NCBI GenBank assembly: GCA_950097015.1
Contig: CATNEN010000032.1
Coordinates: forward strand, 62,001-126,000
DNA length: 64,000 nucleotides
Origin: Macrostomum hystrix
Taxonomy: Eukaryota; Animalia; Platyhelminthes
Direction: 5' to 3'
Position numbers and translations under genes: made by a program. Positions 1 to 10,903 of this stretch are shown piece after piece. Within the stretch, counting starts at the first letter, position 1. Each line of letters starts with the position of its first letter. The notes below the pieces were generated by a model. That model was not told the DNA's origin and made no database searches. It worked only from the letters and a program-made list of their open reading frames with translations.

Positions 1-311
1 CAGACACACTCAGGCCTCCGTAAGCCCAAAACTGGGCCAGAGAAAAGCTCCAATCGCCTATGAAATCCCACCTCTATCTGGGGAAGTATGGATGAGTTTA
101 TTTTGTCCCCACCGAACACAATACGAGTATGATGTTCAACCCACTCTTTTCTTTTGTGTACCAGACTCCATATTATAATTCTGCTCCTGTCTCCTAAGTC
201 TGCAAATAACTGCCAGAACAATGAGCCCACCGCTCATTGTGTATCAGGATCAAAACTGCTTCTGCCGAATAAACTCTAATTTGATCTGTGAAAATATTCC
301 TGTAACTCGCG

Positions 312-1050
312 TCCTGCCCGTCCCACTCTCATCTCTGCCCGTCCCACTCTCATCTCTGCCCGTCCCACTCTCATCTCTGCCTGTCCCACTCTCATCTCTG
401 CCCGTCCCACTCTCATCTCTGCCCGTCCCACACTCATCTCTGCCTGTCCCACACTCATCTCTACCTGTCCCACTCTCATCTCTGCCCGTCCCACTCTCAT
501 CTCTACCTGTCCCACTCTCATCTCTGCCTGTCCCACTCTCATCTCTGCCCGTCCCACTCTCATCTCTGCCCGTCCCACACTCATCTCTGCCTGTCCCACT
601 CTCATCTCTGCCTGTCCCACTCTCATCTCTGCCCGTCCCACACTCATCTCTGCCTGTCCCACTCTCATCTCTGCCTGTCCCACTCTCATCTCTGCCCGTC
701 CCACTCTCATCTCTACCTGTCCCACTCTCATCTCTGCCTGTCCCACTCTCATCTCTGCCCGTCCCACTCTCATCTCTACCTGTCCCACTCTCATCTCTGC
801 CCGTCCCACTCTCATCTCTACCTGTCCCACTCTCATCTCTGCCTGTCCCACTCTCATCTCTACCTGTCCCACTCTCATCTCTGCCCGTCTCACTCTCATC
901 TCTACCTGTCCCACTCTCATCTCTGCCTGTCCCACTCTCATCTCTGCCCGTCTCACTCTCATCTCAGTCTGTCTCACTCTCAGTCTCATCTCATCTCAGT
1001 CTGTCTCACTCTCAGTCTCATCTCATCTCAGTCTGTCTCACTCTCATCTT
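312..1050. repeat. 21-bp minisatellite (GTCCCACTCTCATCTCTGCCC)n, about 30 copies, degenerating at the 3' end
   Basis: Unit read directly. It explains the 7-aa periodic ORFs 221..1201 and 276..989. Confidence 0.97.
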
Positions 1051-1631
1051 AGTCTGTCTTTCCTCATCAGTTTGGCCACCCTCATGCGATGTGGTGCTCT
1101 ACAGTCATCCAAATCAAATGTGTCTGAAGTGGACGCTAGCAAAGTCTCTGCTAATCAGATGGGAAAACAAAGACCAAAGAGATTTAGTCTGCGTGAAATG
1201 ACCATCAATTTCGGTCGAGTGGAATTATTATATTAGTCGTTCTGTCTGTCCAACGCTTTGTTTATAAAAGCAATTTGTTACAATAAAAGAACGTCTGCTA
1301 GTTACCTGAACTAACAGTTTAGGCTGGATTTAGCCTGAATCCTTGTAGCCCATCCTATTGCGAGTAGAATAATTTTTTGAGACCATGAGCCTCTATTCAG
1401 AGCAATTGTGTGGTTTATACTCGTAATAAAAACGAACACAGTGAAATCAAACCGATCCAGGTATATTTATTAAAAAAGACCAAACTATAACAAAAATATT
1501 ACAGTAAAAATGTATACTTATGCATAGCAGACACGACATAAATAGTAATGAATCGAAATCACAAAACATAAGCCTAAAAAAGAAATGAAAACAGAGTTCT
1601 TCTGTGCGAGCTAGACTAAAATCATTTGTAC

Positions 1632-2228
1632 ATGCACACGCGATCCAGCCAATTACCCCACCTCAGAGATGTACACGCGATCTAGCCAATCACCCCACCT
1701 CAGAGATGTACACGCGATCCAGCCAATCACCCCACCTCAGAGATGTACACGCGATCCAGCCAATCACCCCACCTCAGAGATGTACACGCGATCTAGCCAA
1801 TCACCCCACCTCAGAGATGCACACGCGATCCAGCCAATCACCCCACCTCAGAGATGTACACGCGATCCAGCCAATCACCCCACCTCAGAGATGTACACGC
1901 GATCCAGCCAATCACCCCACCTCAGAGATGTACACGCGATCCAGCCAATCACCCCACCTCAGAGATGTACACGCGATCCAGCCAATCACCCCACCTCAGA
2001 GATGTACACGCGATCCAGCCAATCACCCCACCTCAGAGATGTACACGCGATTCAGCCAATCACCCCACCTCAGAGATGTACACGCGATCCAGCCAATTAC
2101 CCCACCTCAGAGATGCACACGCGATCCAGCCAATCACCCCACCTCAGAGATGTACACGCGATTCAGCCAATCACCCCACCTCAGAGATGTACACGCGATC
2201 CAGCCAATCACCCCACCTCAGAGATGTA
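1632..2228. repeat. 37-bp minisatellite (GTACACGCGATCCAGCCAATCACCCCACCTCAGAGAT)n, about 16 copies
   Basis: CAGAGAT recurs at 1701 and 1738 (period 37). All three + frames give the same periodic peptide. Confidence 0.97.
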
Positions 2229-3147
2229 CATAACGAGCTACATCCGTCCAAATTCTAAACAAGATAAGAAGTAAACAAAGGAGACAGGTTGCTTGCGCAG
2301 GTTGAATATTTTCTAGGCTTTTAAACTTCAGGGCACTTCCAGTGCACAACCGCACGAAAGCTAGCACGGCCGCAGCCAATGCCAATCAGCACTATTTTTT
2401 AGTATCTAAGCGGTGCAATTAAAAAAAATATTTTGGCATTAAAAGAGAGCTCGGCACAATAGCCTACGAGTAGATTGACAGACAGTTTTACAGAGGCGAT
2501 TGATAAATGTCATTTTTTTATTTTAAACTAAAGTGAAACACGCGAAATCGGAATGAAAACTTAGCAATTCCTATATGATAGCTCGTATATAGTGACACCG
2601 AAAATAAACAAATTAAGTCTCATTGTCTCAAACAATTATAAAATCTGCATTGGACAAAAAACAAATTCTGGGTAAAAAACGGTATAGATAGCGAATTGTC
2701 ACCCAGATTAATTATAAGCAAGAAACACGAGACATAATATTAAAATAAAATATAGAGTTAAAAAGCATAATCATAGTGATTTCCAGTACATCTATCTAGG
2801 TAAGGCAATCAGTTATTGTGAGAGCTTCCAGTCATATCTAGATAGAATTTTATATCGCATAGTGATTTCTTAATATAAAAACATTCAAGCTACTACAAGT
2901 AGTTGAATAGTAAGCTAAAAAGCGATAAATAAATCGAATTTGACGGTGCGACATGGCATAACAGAGGGACACTGTGCGTTCGATTTTGACTCGATGACCT
3001 CATAACTGTTATAATGACCTTTACAACCTAAAATAATCCCTGATATAAGTAGTAGGTGTAACCGGTTACCAAGCCAGTTACTCGGATTCGAACTAAGGAC
3101 CTACAGGAGTAAACTTTTAATTATATACTAATATAACAACACAACTA

Positions 3148-3297
3148 CCAGCTAATGCTGGTACACATTTAACAGCTGGGTGAACTGAAGCAATGTAGAG
3201 TTAAGTGCATTGCTAAAGGACACAAATTGTTCCAGTGGAGTCGGGAATCGAACCCCCCGAACTTTAAGTCGTAAGTCCAACGCTCGAACCACAAGGC
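3148..3297 (-). mobile_element. tRNA-derived SINE family 1 (CORE-like central domain), copy A
   Basis: The reverse complement has a tRNA-like head with B box (GGTTCGATTCCC), followed by CCTTTAGCAATGCACTTAAC...CAGTTCACCCAGCTGTTAAATG, which resembles the CORE-SINE domain. It aligns by eye with copy B at 41856-42016. Confidence 0.75.
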
Positions 3298-3445
3298 GTA
3301 TTTTATTATATATTTATTTTCTATAATATTCCAAAGAAATCAAAAGCACGAACGGCAATAAAGGGAAACTAAAGTAAACTAAAGAGGGAACCTAAGCGAC
3401 AGTTAAAGCTGCTAGAAGTTAGACAATCGTCAGAGAAATTGAACA

Positions 3446-4713
3446 TCAGTCCATTTTAATGTTGGCATAGATGTACCTTACAAAGCGAAACGAGGCGGCA
3501 AACGACACGGCGCCCAGGCTCAGAAAGAACACGTAGCACAGCAGCAGGCTGTAGCCAAAGAATTGCACGGCCTGCACCGCGCCAGACATGCTGGCCCGCC
3601 AGAAATAATAGTACACAGAGTAGGCCAGCACGAATAGGGCGGCCGAGCCGCCGCTGAAGATGGACCGCCACCACCAGCGGTAGTCTTCGGCGGACAACTG
3701 GAAATAGGTTAGCGTGACGGATACGCAGGCGGTGACGCACAGGATGATGGCGTAGACCAGGCTGAGAATGCCATAGAGTGAGTAGTGCTGCCGGCCCCAC
3801 ACTGTCGCGTAGATGTAGTACAACTCGACAGACACGGCGCTGAACGATAGGAAGCCGGATGCCAGGCAGTGCAGTGGCCAGGTCTTGTACCAGGGCAGAG
3901 TCGGGATCTCTCTGGCAACGTTCTTGGTGCGGCAGGGCGCGTCCAGGCCAGCAGGCACCCGCTTGCCAAATGAGCCACCAAGAACGGTGAGAGGAAAGCC
4001 GACTAGCAGCCAGAGGCACAGCAGTAGCAGAATGGTGGACCAGGGCAAGGCCTGGGTTGTGCCGTAGGCCCAGGCCACAGAGTTAACAAGCGCCCACACT
4101 AGGAACAATGGCAAAGCGAACAGGGCGGAGGTGGTCAGAATATTGCGAACCCAGCGCTCGCCACCCAGTCGGCGAAACAGTCGGCTGGAGACGAAGCCGG
4201 CCACGCCGGAGGTCAGAGCGTACAGCAGGACGCAGGCTGAGTTGACACTGCCGTGATTGTGCACGTTGAACAATCCCAGCAGGGCCATGACTAGCAGGCC
4301 GGTTGCTATGGCCAGGAACTGAGTGCCAACACCAACCACAGCCGAATAGAAGCACTTGTGACCGGGCGGCCTGAACACGTCTGCGTGCACACACTTCCAG
4401 CCCAGATTGTCTTCGTCGGGCGCCTCTCCGGAGGCCGGCGAGCCGGTCAGAGATTCGTCTTCTAGATTGTAGCGCGCAAAGTCGCGCCTGAGAATGCGGC
4501 AGAGGATGACGCTGACGAAGGCCAATAGAAGGGCCACCAGAACTAGCGAATTGATGACGGACAGCCAGTGAATTTCCAGACTCTTGGGAAAGAATGAAGT
4601 GTCGCGAATCAGCTGGCCGCGATCCTTCGAAGCGCACGGTCGAAGTCTCCCAGGTGACGGAGTAGGTGAAACGCAGCGCCGGCACCGGCCGGTGTGATCC
4701 CGTCAAGGTCGAC
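3446..4713 (-). CDS. TM9SF1: Transmembrane 9 superfamily member 1, coding exon 2 (nine TM segments, C-terminal YANIKMD); two apparent 1-nt frameshifts near the exon start
   Basis: Motifs [44 protein letters not shown] and the C-terminal KxD/E are TM9SF hallmarks. Acceptor cgctcag|GTC at 4714/4713, with a CTGAC branch-point-like motif upstream. Confidence 0.92.
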
Positions 4714-5019
4714 CTGAGCGAATGTATTTCACGTGAATATTGTTTGTCAGGTTGCTATTCTCAGGGCACACAGGATCATGGACTAGTCTCAGAAACTCCT
4801 GAGCGTCTCTTAATTGGTCAAGAATTCGCACACCGATACATTAGTTGGCTATTGATGGACTCAATAGCATACTCAACTATTCTGTGAGTTGAGGAGTGAC
4901 TTACTCACACAACCAACTTCCTATTAGTTCCATAGTAAGTCGGGTTACAATTGACATCTTACTGAAAGTTCCTTATTGTGTTGTTACGGGCCCCTTGCTG
5001 GCATACGGGGGAAGTTCCT

Positions 5020-5380
5020 TAGTCGCGCGTGACACCCTTCCCCAGTTACTTATTCTGGCGTGACCCTCCTTCTCCCCAGTTACTTATTCTGGCGTGACCC
5101 CCCTTCCCCCAGTTACTGATTCTGGCGTGACCCTCCTTCTCCCCAGTTACTGATTCTGGCGTGACCTCCCTTCCCCTCAGTTACTTATTCTGGCGTGACC
5201 TCCCTTCCCCCAGTTACTTATTCTGGCGTGACCTCCCTTCCCCTCAGTTACTTATTCTGGTGTGACCTCCCTTCCCCCAGTTACTGATTCTGGCGTAACC
5301 CTCCTTCTCCCCAGTTACTTATTCTGGCGTGACCCTCCTTCTCCCCAGTTACTTATTCTGGTGTGACCCCCCTTCCCCCA
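5020..5380. repeat. About 31-33-bp minisatellite (CCCAGTTACTTATTCTGGCGTGACCCTCCTT..), left part, interrupted by the LTR element
   Basis: The same unit resumes at 10904 after the 3' LTR. Confidence 0.95.
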
Positions 5381-5691
5381 TGTTCGGGAGGCAGGTGGTA
5401 TGATTGGTCGCTGACTCGCTGTATGCTTATTTAAATCTACCTTATTTACAATTACTGTACGCCCGCTTCCACTCTGCGCACTCACCTTGTTTCTCTAACC
5501 CTCGTTCGCATTGTGCAGTGGCATCGTCCACCCACCCCCTCCGTTTTAACCTATTTGCACTGAATTATATAATAAACGTGTGGAGGCTCCCCCCTCCGGT
5601 TCAACTGGTTGGTTAGCGCGATTTGCCTACCGTTTTGAGCACAGCATAATTGGCTACTAGCTATCGGCCTTTTTTGGATTGCTCCAGTACA
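5381..5691 (+). repeat. 5' LTR
   Basis: TGTTCGGGAG...CTCCAGTACA. I found only one substitution relative to the 3' LTR (TTTTAAC versus TTTTAGC). Confidence 0.96.
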
Positions 5692-5697
5692 TTATTT

Positions 5698-5715
5698 TGG
5701 TAGCAGAGCGTGGTT
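5698..5715 (+). promoter_or_regulatory. Primer-binding site complementary to the 3' end of initiator tRNA-Met
   Basis: TGGTAGCAGAGCGTGGTT starts 6 nt after the LTR. TGGTAGCAGAG is the reverse complement of the conserved eukaryotic tRNAi-Met 3' end CTCTGCTACCA. Confidence 0.85.
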
Positions 5716-5757
5716 GGGCAAGGCCTAAGTTTCCACGCTGAATAAACAACAACTACT

Positions 5758-8700
5758 GTGCAACCAGAGGCCACAATGGAACACGACAACGACATTCCGC
5801 AGCAGGACGAACAAGAAGATGATCGCGCGCTGCATTTGGAGAAGCTGCGCTTTGAGAAGTCCAGAAGAAAGGCAACGCTAACTCGGTGTAAGAGCAAGCT
5901 ATCATGGCTGCTACAGAAACGCGCTTCTGACGACGAAGTGCAAGAAGCCTGTGATAACCTGTCGGATCTGCAGGAGCAAGTCAGCACCATTCAGGAACAG
6001 CTTTACGAAGGCTACGTGAGCACAAAGGACGACGAGAGGCGACAGCGTCTGCTCGACGAGATGGAGGAGATGGAGCGCGACTACCAGGCTGCGATTCAAC
6101 GCGTCGAATCTGCCAGGGGCCGTCAAGCGCAACGCGAACAAGAAGCGCCTCCTGCTGCGAGGGCAAATGCCGAAGACGCTGCTGCAAACCAAGACGAAGC
6201 AGTTGGTGAGTTAGACAGACTTTCTGTTAGCGCTGTGTCCAGCAAGGCGTCGCACCCCAAGGAGATCTCCAAGGACCTGTGGAAGATGTTAAAGCGTGTT
6301 GAAATCCCAACGTTCAGTGGGGACAAGCAGAGTTACGAGAACTGGAAGGCAGCTTTTGTGGCGTGCATTGATAGCGCCCCCGCTACGCCCGAGTTTAAAC
6401 TGCTGCAACTCAGGCAGTACCTACAAGGTGAGGCATTGAAGGTCATCGAGCACTTAGGGCACTCAGCGACGGCATATGAGGCGGCCAAGGAAAGACTTGA
6501 TAGAGAGTTCGGTGGAAAACGCCGGCAACTCGCCTTGCACTTGGAGGAGTTGGATAACTTTCCTGCTGTGCGCTACGGAAACACTAAAGATCTGAAAAGT
6601 TTTGCAAATTTGCTGGATATAGCCGTGATTAATTTAGAAGAGGCTGGAAAGGACACTGAGCTGCAAGATGGAATGCTGTATGTCAGACTGCAGAAGAAAC
6701 TGCCCGAGCAAATGGTTTCCCACTATCGGAGGTGGATCTTTGAGCAACGGAAGCAGGAAAGTGTCAGGAATCTTCGGATGTGGGTGCTGCAAGAAGCGGA
6801 ATTTCAGACCGAAGCGTTGGAAATCGTGCAGGGCGTTGCCACGCCTCACCTAGAGGGCCAGAAGTCCATCCACCGCGGAGCGCGGGATCAACGACCGAAG
6901 ACATTTCATAGCGCCGTGAGTGAGAAAAAAGGGCAGTCGAAAAGTTGTATGGTGTGCCAAGGTGACCACGAGTTGTGGTCCTGCAGCGAGTTCAAGAAGC
7001 TTCCGGTGAACAAGCGCTGGGAGGCTGCGCAGCGCTCGAAGGCCTGCTTCAGGTGCTTAGGCCAAGGCCATGTGAGCAGTAAGTGCAGGCGCAGCCGACA
7101 ATGCGGCATCGACAACTGCTCGAAATTCCATCATCGCTTGCTGCACGCTGACAAACACCAAGCCACCATCGATCTCGTCGAGCCTAGCCAAGCCAAGCGA
7201 AACCAAGCCAAGCCGTCAGACGCCAAGCCGGGCGAGGTCGCCGGGTCGAACAGTTCGAAACAAGCCGGTTCCGTGACGCTGCTGTCGGCCAGCAAGAGCG
7301 ACGTCTCACTTCGAACAGTGCCAGTAGTCCTGAGACACGGGGCGCGGAAGCTGGAGGTGAACGCGCTGCTGGATGACGCCAGCACTAGGAGCTACATCAA
7401 CGTCGGGATCGCGCAAGCGCTAGGACTGCAGGGAGCTCTCGAGAAGGTCGAGGTAGGCGTGATCAACGGTCAATCGGAGACGTTCATGACAGCCCCGATC
7501 AGCTTCACCGTGGAAAGCATGGACGGTCGTGCATCCTCTGAGCTCACCGCCTTCACTGCAGATCACGTGACGGGATCCCTCAAAGGCGTCAACTGGCGCG
7601 AGCTGGGGCAGTGGTGGCCGCATCTCCGGGACGTGCCGTTTCCCAAGCTCTGTGAACCAGCTGTCGTGGACCTGCTGATCGGAGCGGATTACCCGGATTT
7701 TCACGTGTCACTCGAAGAGGTTGTCGGACAGCCATGGGAGCCGAAAGCTCGCCTCACACCGCTGGGGTGGACGTGCATCGGTCGCACAGAGCAGACGTTA
7801 AGCTCAAAAAGGCAGAGCACCCATTTCGCCACCACGTTCTTCTGCTGCGAAACCGAGAGCAGTCAGGTGTCCAGCATCCTCAGACAGTTTTGGGAGATCG
7901 AGAACGTCGCGGATGAGAACAGCCGAAATCCATTGACGTCTGACGAGGAGAAAGCCATCAATCAAGCTAAGGCATCGTTGCAGTATAGTAATGGGCGCTA
8001 CCAGATCGGGATTCCCTGGAAGGAAAAACGTCTGTGTCCGAAAGACACTTTTCCGATGGCCTTGAAGCGGTTGAAGAACACCGAACAGCGACTGATGAAG
8101 GACATGCAAATTCGCAGACAGTATCAAGCCGTGATCGACAAGTACGTGCAGCAAGGCTATGTCCGGAAGGTTGCGCAAGCTGAGAACGAAGAACGCTGTT
8201 TTCTGCCACATTTCCCGGTGCCGCGGCCGGATAAGGCGACAACAAAAGTGCGGATTGTGTTCGACGCGTCAGCTGCCGCATTGAATGACCAGATCCTCCA
8301 GGGTCCCAAGCTGCAGCGCGACCTGGTGGAAGTTCTGCTTCGGTTCCGTCGATTTCCCATCGCGATCGCATGCGATGTCGCGGAGATGTACCTGCAAATC
8401 GAGATGGAGCCCAAGGACAGGCCGCTGCACAGTTTCCTGTGGCGGGATGCCGACGCTTCCAGGCCGCCGGATGTCTACGAGTTCAATCGAGTAGTGTTCG
8501 GAGTCACGAGCTCGCCGTTCTTAGCACAATTCGTCATCCGCTCTCATGCCGAGAAACTGAAAAGCGAGCTACCGGAGGCGGCAGAGACAGTGTTGCACTC
8601 AACATACATGGACGACAGTCTCGACTCAGCACCCAACGAGGCCGCTGCCTGCCGGTTATACGAGCAGCTCAGAGAGTTATGGAGACGCGCCGGCATGCAT

Positions 8701-9822
8701 GCGCGCAAGTGGGTGTCGAATTCAAGAGCTGTGCTCAAGCAAGTGCCGCCGGACGATCGAGCAGCTGAGGTGACCTTAGACAGCAGAGAACTCCCGAGCA
8801 CCAAGACATTAGGTGTCACTTGGCAGAGTGAGCAAGACGAATTCACGTTTAAGCAAGAATTAGATGCGTGTCAGGTGACCACCAAGAGAAGTCTGTTGAA
8901 GAAGCTGGCGAGCGTCTTTGATCCGCTTGGTTTGATTTCTCCATTTTTTGTGCAAGCAAAAATGTTGATGCAGGAGCTGTGGCAGTGTGGTCTTGATTGG
9001 GACGAAACGCTGAATGCGGACCTCTTAGCGAGAGTGAGCGATTGGTGCAGAGACCTGAAACACCTGAGTGAGATCCGACTACCGAGGGCGCTGGAGGAGG
9101 CAGAGGCAAAAAATGGCAGTCTGCACGTGTTTGTGGATGCGTCGGAGAAAGCGTACGGAGCTGTGCGCGAACTTCAGGAACTGGCCAACGCGTTGGACAC
9201 CAAGAAGCTGCAGCAACAGACAGCCTACCAGCAGATGCGATGGCACTTCAATCCTCCCGCTGCTCCGCACTTCGGCGGCGTGCATGAAATAATGATAAAG
9301 GCGGCAAAGAAGGCTATTTGGAATACGTTGAAGGAGGCGGACGTCACGGACGAGGAGCTGCTGAGTGCCGTTGCTGGAGCGGAAGCGCTGTTAAATTCGA
9401 GACCACTGACCTACCAATCGGCCCATCCGAGCGACGACGTTCCGCTGACTCCAAACCACTTCCTCATCGGTCAAGGCGGTGGGCAGTTTGCTCCGGAGGT
9501 GGACGTGGACATCGCGCGCAGCCCTTCAAAAAGATGGCGACATGTTCAGCAGCTAGTGGCGCAGGTCTGGCGGCGGTGGTTGCGCGAGTGGCTGCCGGGA
9601 CTCGCGCCGCGCAGCAAGTGGCGCCGAGAGCTTCCTGATCTACAGCCCGGAGACGTGGCGCTGCTCGTGAGTCCGGACTCGCCTCGAGGTCATTGGCCGC
9701 TGGCTCGCGTGTTGGAGGTGACTCGCGGCCCCGACGGTCACGTGAGAGTCGCCACGATCAGAGTCGGTGACCGCACAATGACGCGACCAATAACTAAGTT
9801 GTGCCCGATTTCAGCTGGCTGA
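5758..9822 (+). CDS. BEL/Pao Gag-Pol polyprotein (Gag with Zn knuckles, aspartic protease, RT, truncated RNase H fused to the integrase C-terminal half)
   Basis: Gag knuckles CMVCQGDHELWSC and CFRCLGQGHVSSKC; protease LLDDASTRSYI; RT YMDD; RNase H start LHVFVDASEKAYGAV; integrase C-half WHFNPPAAPHFGGVHE, LLNSRPL and GDVALL...WPLARV. The first ATG is at 5776. Confidence 0.93.
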   Translation: MQPEATMEHDNDIPQQDEQEDDRALHLEKLRFEKSRRKATLTRCKSKLSWLLQKRASDDEVQEACDNLSDLQEQVSTIQEQLYEGYVSTKDDERRQRLLDEMEEMERDYQAAIQRVESARGRQAQREQEAPPAARANAEDAAANQDEAVGELDRLSVSAVSSKASHPKEISKDLWKMLKRVEIPTFSGDKQSYENWKAAFVACIDSAPATPEFKLLQLRQYLQGEALKVIEHLGHSATAYEAAKERLDREFGGKRRQLALHLEELDNFPAVRYGNTKDLKSFANLLDIAVINLEEAGKDTELQDGMLYVRLQKKLPEQMVSHYRRWIFEQRKQESVRNLRMWVLQEAEFQTEALEIVQGVATPHLEGQKSIHRGARDQRPKTFHSAVSEKKGQSKSCMVCQGDHELWSCSEFKKLPVNKRWEAAQRSKACFRCLGQGHVSSKCRRSRQCGIDNCSKFHHRLLHADKHQATIDLVEPSQAKRNQAKPSDAKPGEVAGSNSSKQAGSVTLLSASKSDVSLRTVPVVLRHGARKLEVNALLDDASTRSYINVGIAQALGLQGALEKVEVGVINGQSETFMTAPISFTVESMDGRASSELTAFTADHVTGSLKGVNWRELGQWWPHLRDVPFPKLCEPAVVDLLIGADYPDFHVSLEEVVGQPWEPKARLTPLGWTCIGRTEQTLSSKRQSTHFATTFFCCETESSQVSSILRQFWEIENVADENSRNPLTSDEEKAINQAKASLQYSNGRYQIGIPWKEKRLCPKDTFPMALKRLKNTEQRLMKDMQIRRQYQAVIDKYVQQGYVRKVAQAENEERCFLPHFPVPRPDKATTKVRIVFDASAAALNDQILQGPKLQRDLVEVLLRFRRFPIAIACDVAEMYLQIEMEPKDRPLHSFLWRDADASRPPDVYEFNRVVFGVTSSPFLAQFVIRSHAEKLKSELPEAAETVLHSTYMDDSLDSAPNEAAACRLYEQLRELWRRAGMHARKWVSNSRAVLKQVPPDDRAAEVTLDSRELPSTKTLGVTWQSEQDEFTFKQELDACQVTTKRSLLKKLASVFDPLGLISPFFVQAKMLMQELWQCGLDWDETLNADLLARVSDWCRDLKHLSEIRLPRALEEAEAKNGSLHVFVDASEKAYGAVRELQELANALDTKKLQQQTAYQQMRWHFNPPAAPHFGGVHEIMIKAAKKAIWNTLKEADVTDEELLSAVAGAEALLNSRPLTYQSAHPSDDVPLTPNHFLIGQGGGQFAPEVDVDIARSPSKRWRHVQQLVAQVWRRWLREWLPGLAPRSKWRRELPDLQPGDVALLVSPDSPRGHWPLARVLEVTRGPDGHVRVATIRVGDRTMTRPITKLCPISAG

Positions 9823-10579
9823 AGTTTTTTTTGTTTGAACTGGAGTGTTAAAAATCGTTGGACTGTCATTTGAGTGCGAGATTGCAGACTATTTGAGTCG
9901 TATTATTTTTGGTTATTGTTCCGTACTTTGTGTTGTTCTTATGCTGCGGTGTTGTTTCTCATTAGAGCGTTGCAATATCGGTGTAGGGTTTATTTTTGTC
10001 ATGCATATTTAAGTAAGGTAGCGTTAAAATGCGTTTTCTAAATCGTTTTTTTGCTTTGGTCAGTTTTTTTGCTGTTTCGAATTTTTCGTTTGAAAATTTA
10101 GAGTAGGAGCGCATCATACATGTAAGCTGATTTATATGCTTGAACGTATCGCTGCGTAAGTTTTTCGTTTCAAGTGTGTCGCGTACTGGCTGGTTTAGAG
10201 TTGAGCATTGTTTACAAGGTTGGAGTAGTCTTGAGATTTAATTAAAATCCATCATTTCATTTAAGTGTCGTTTCTTTGTTGTTTTTTTTCAAGGTAACAA
10301 ATGTTGTGACTATTTGGTGACGGTATTTCATTTGTTTGCGCTAGTTTTTCAGTTGAAGTAAATCGCGTTATTAATATTTATTTGCGAATTTTTTGATCCA
10401 TATTGATTATAATCCTTTGTTCCGCGTTCCACACGCACGCATGTTCGTACTCTAAGTATTTGTGCCGGTAGGTGTTAGCATTGCTTGTCGTTAGGTTTAG
10501 TCCGTGCAGGTTGCTGTTGATTCGACATTCGTTCAATTTTTGTTTGTCATCGAATAGCTTTTTTTGCCATTGTCATGTC

Positions 10580-10592
10580 AAGGTGGGGGGAA
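10580..10592 (+). promoter_or_regulatory. Polypurine tract of the LTR element
   Basis: AAGGTGGGGGGAA lies directly before the 3' LTR TG. Confidence 0.85.
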
Positions 10593-10903
10593 TGTTCGGG
10601 AGGCAGGTGGTATGATTGGTCGCTGACTCGCTGTATGCTTATTTAAATCTACCTTATTTACAATTACTGTACGCCCGCTTCCACTCTGCGCACTCACCTT
10701 GTTTCTCTAACCCTCGTTCGCATTGTGCAGTGGCATCGTCCACCCACCCCCTCCGTTTTAGCCTATTTGCACTGAATTATATAATAAACGTGTGGAGGCT
10801 CCCCCCTCCGGTTCAACTGGTTGGTTAGCGCGATTTGCCTACCGTTTTGAGCACAGCATAATTGGCTACTAGCTATCGGCCTTTTTTGGATTGCTCCAGT
10901 ACA
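10593..10903 (+). repeat. 3' LTR
   Basis: Copy of 5381-5691, followed by the TSD CCCCA. Confidence 0.96.

Larger units (their letters stand above)
5381..10903 (+). mobile_element. BEL/Pao LTR retrotransposon (5523 bp), internally deleted, antisense within the TM9SF1 intron
   Basis: 311-bp LTRs at 5381-5691 and 10593-10903 (TG...CA). 5-bp TSD CCCCA at 5376-5380 and 10904-10908. PBS after the 5' LTR and PPT before the 3' LTR. Gag-PR-RT-RH-IN domain order. Confidence 0.96.

Noticed and set aside
1070-1237. Possible terminal exon on + (LATLMRCGALQSSKSNVSEVDASKV...ELLY*) after a pyrimidine tract
   Set aside because: No recognisable motif and no convincing upstream exon in 1-300; not supportable without RNA data.
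221-2274. ORFs of 134-326 aa over the 21-bp and 37-bp repeats
   Set aside because: Purely periodic translations of stop-free minisatellites, open in several frames.
5404-5616. Identical 70-aa ORFs at 5404 and 10616
   Set aside because: They are the two LTR copies and start at TTG; not genes.
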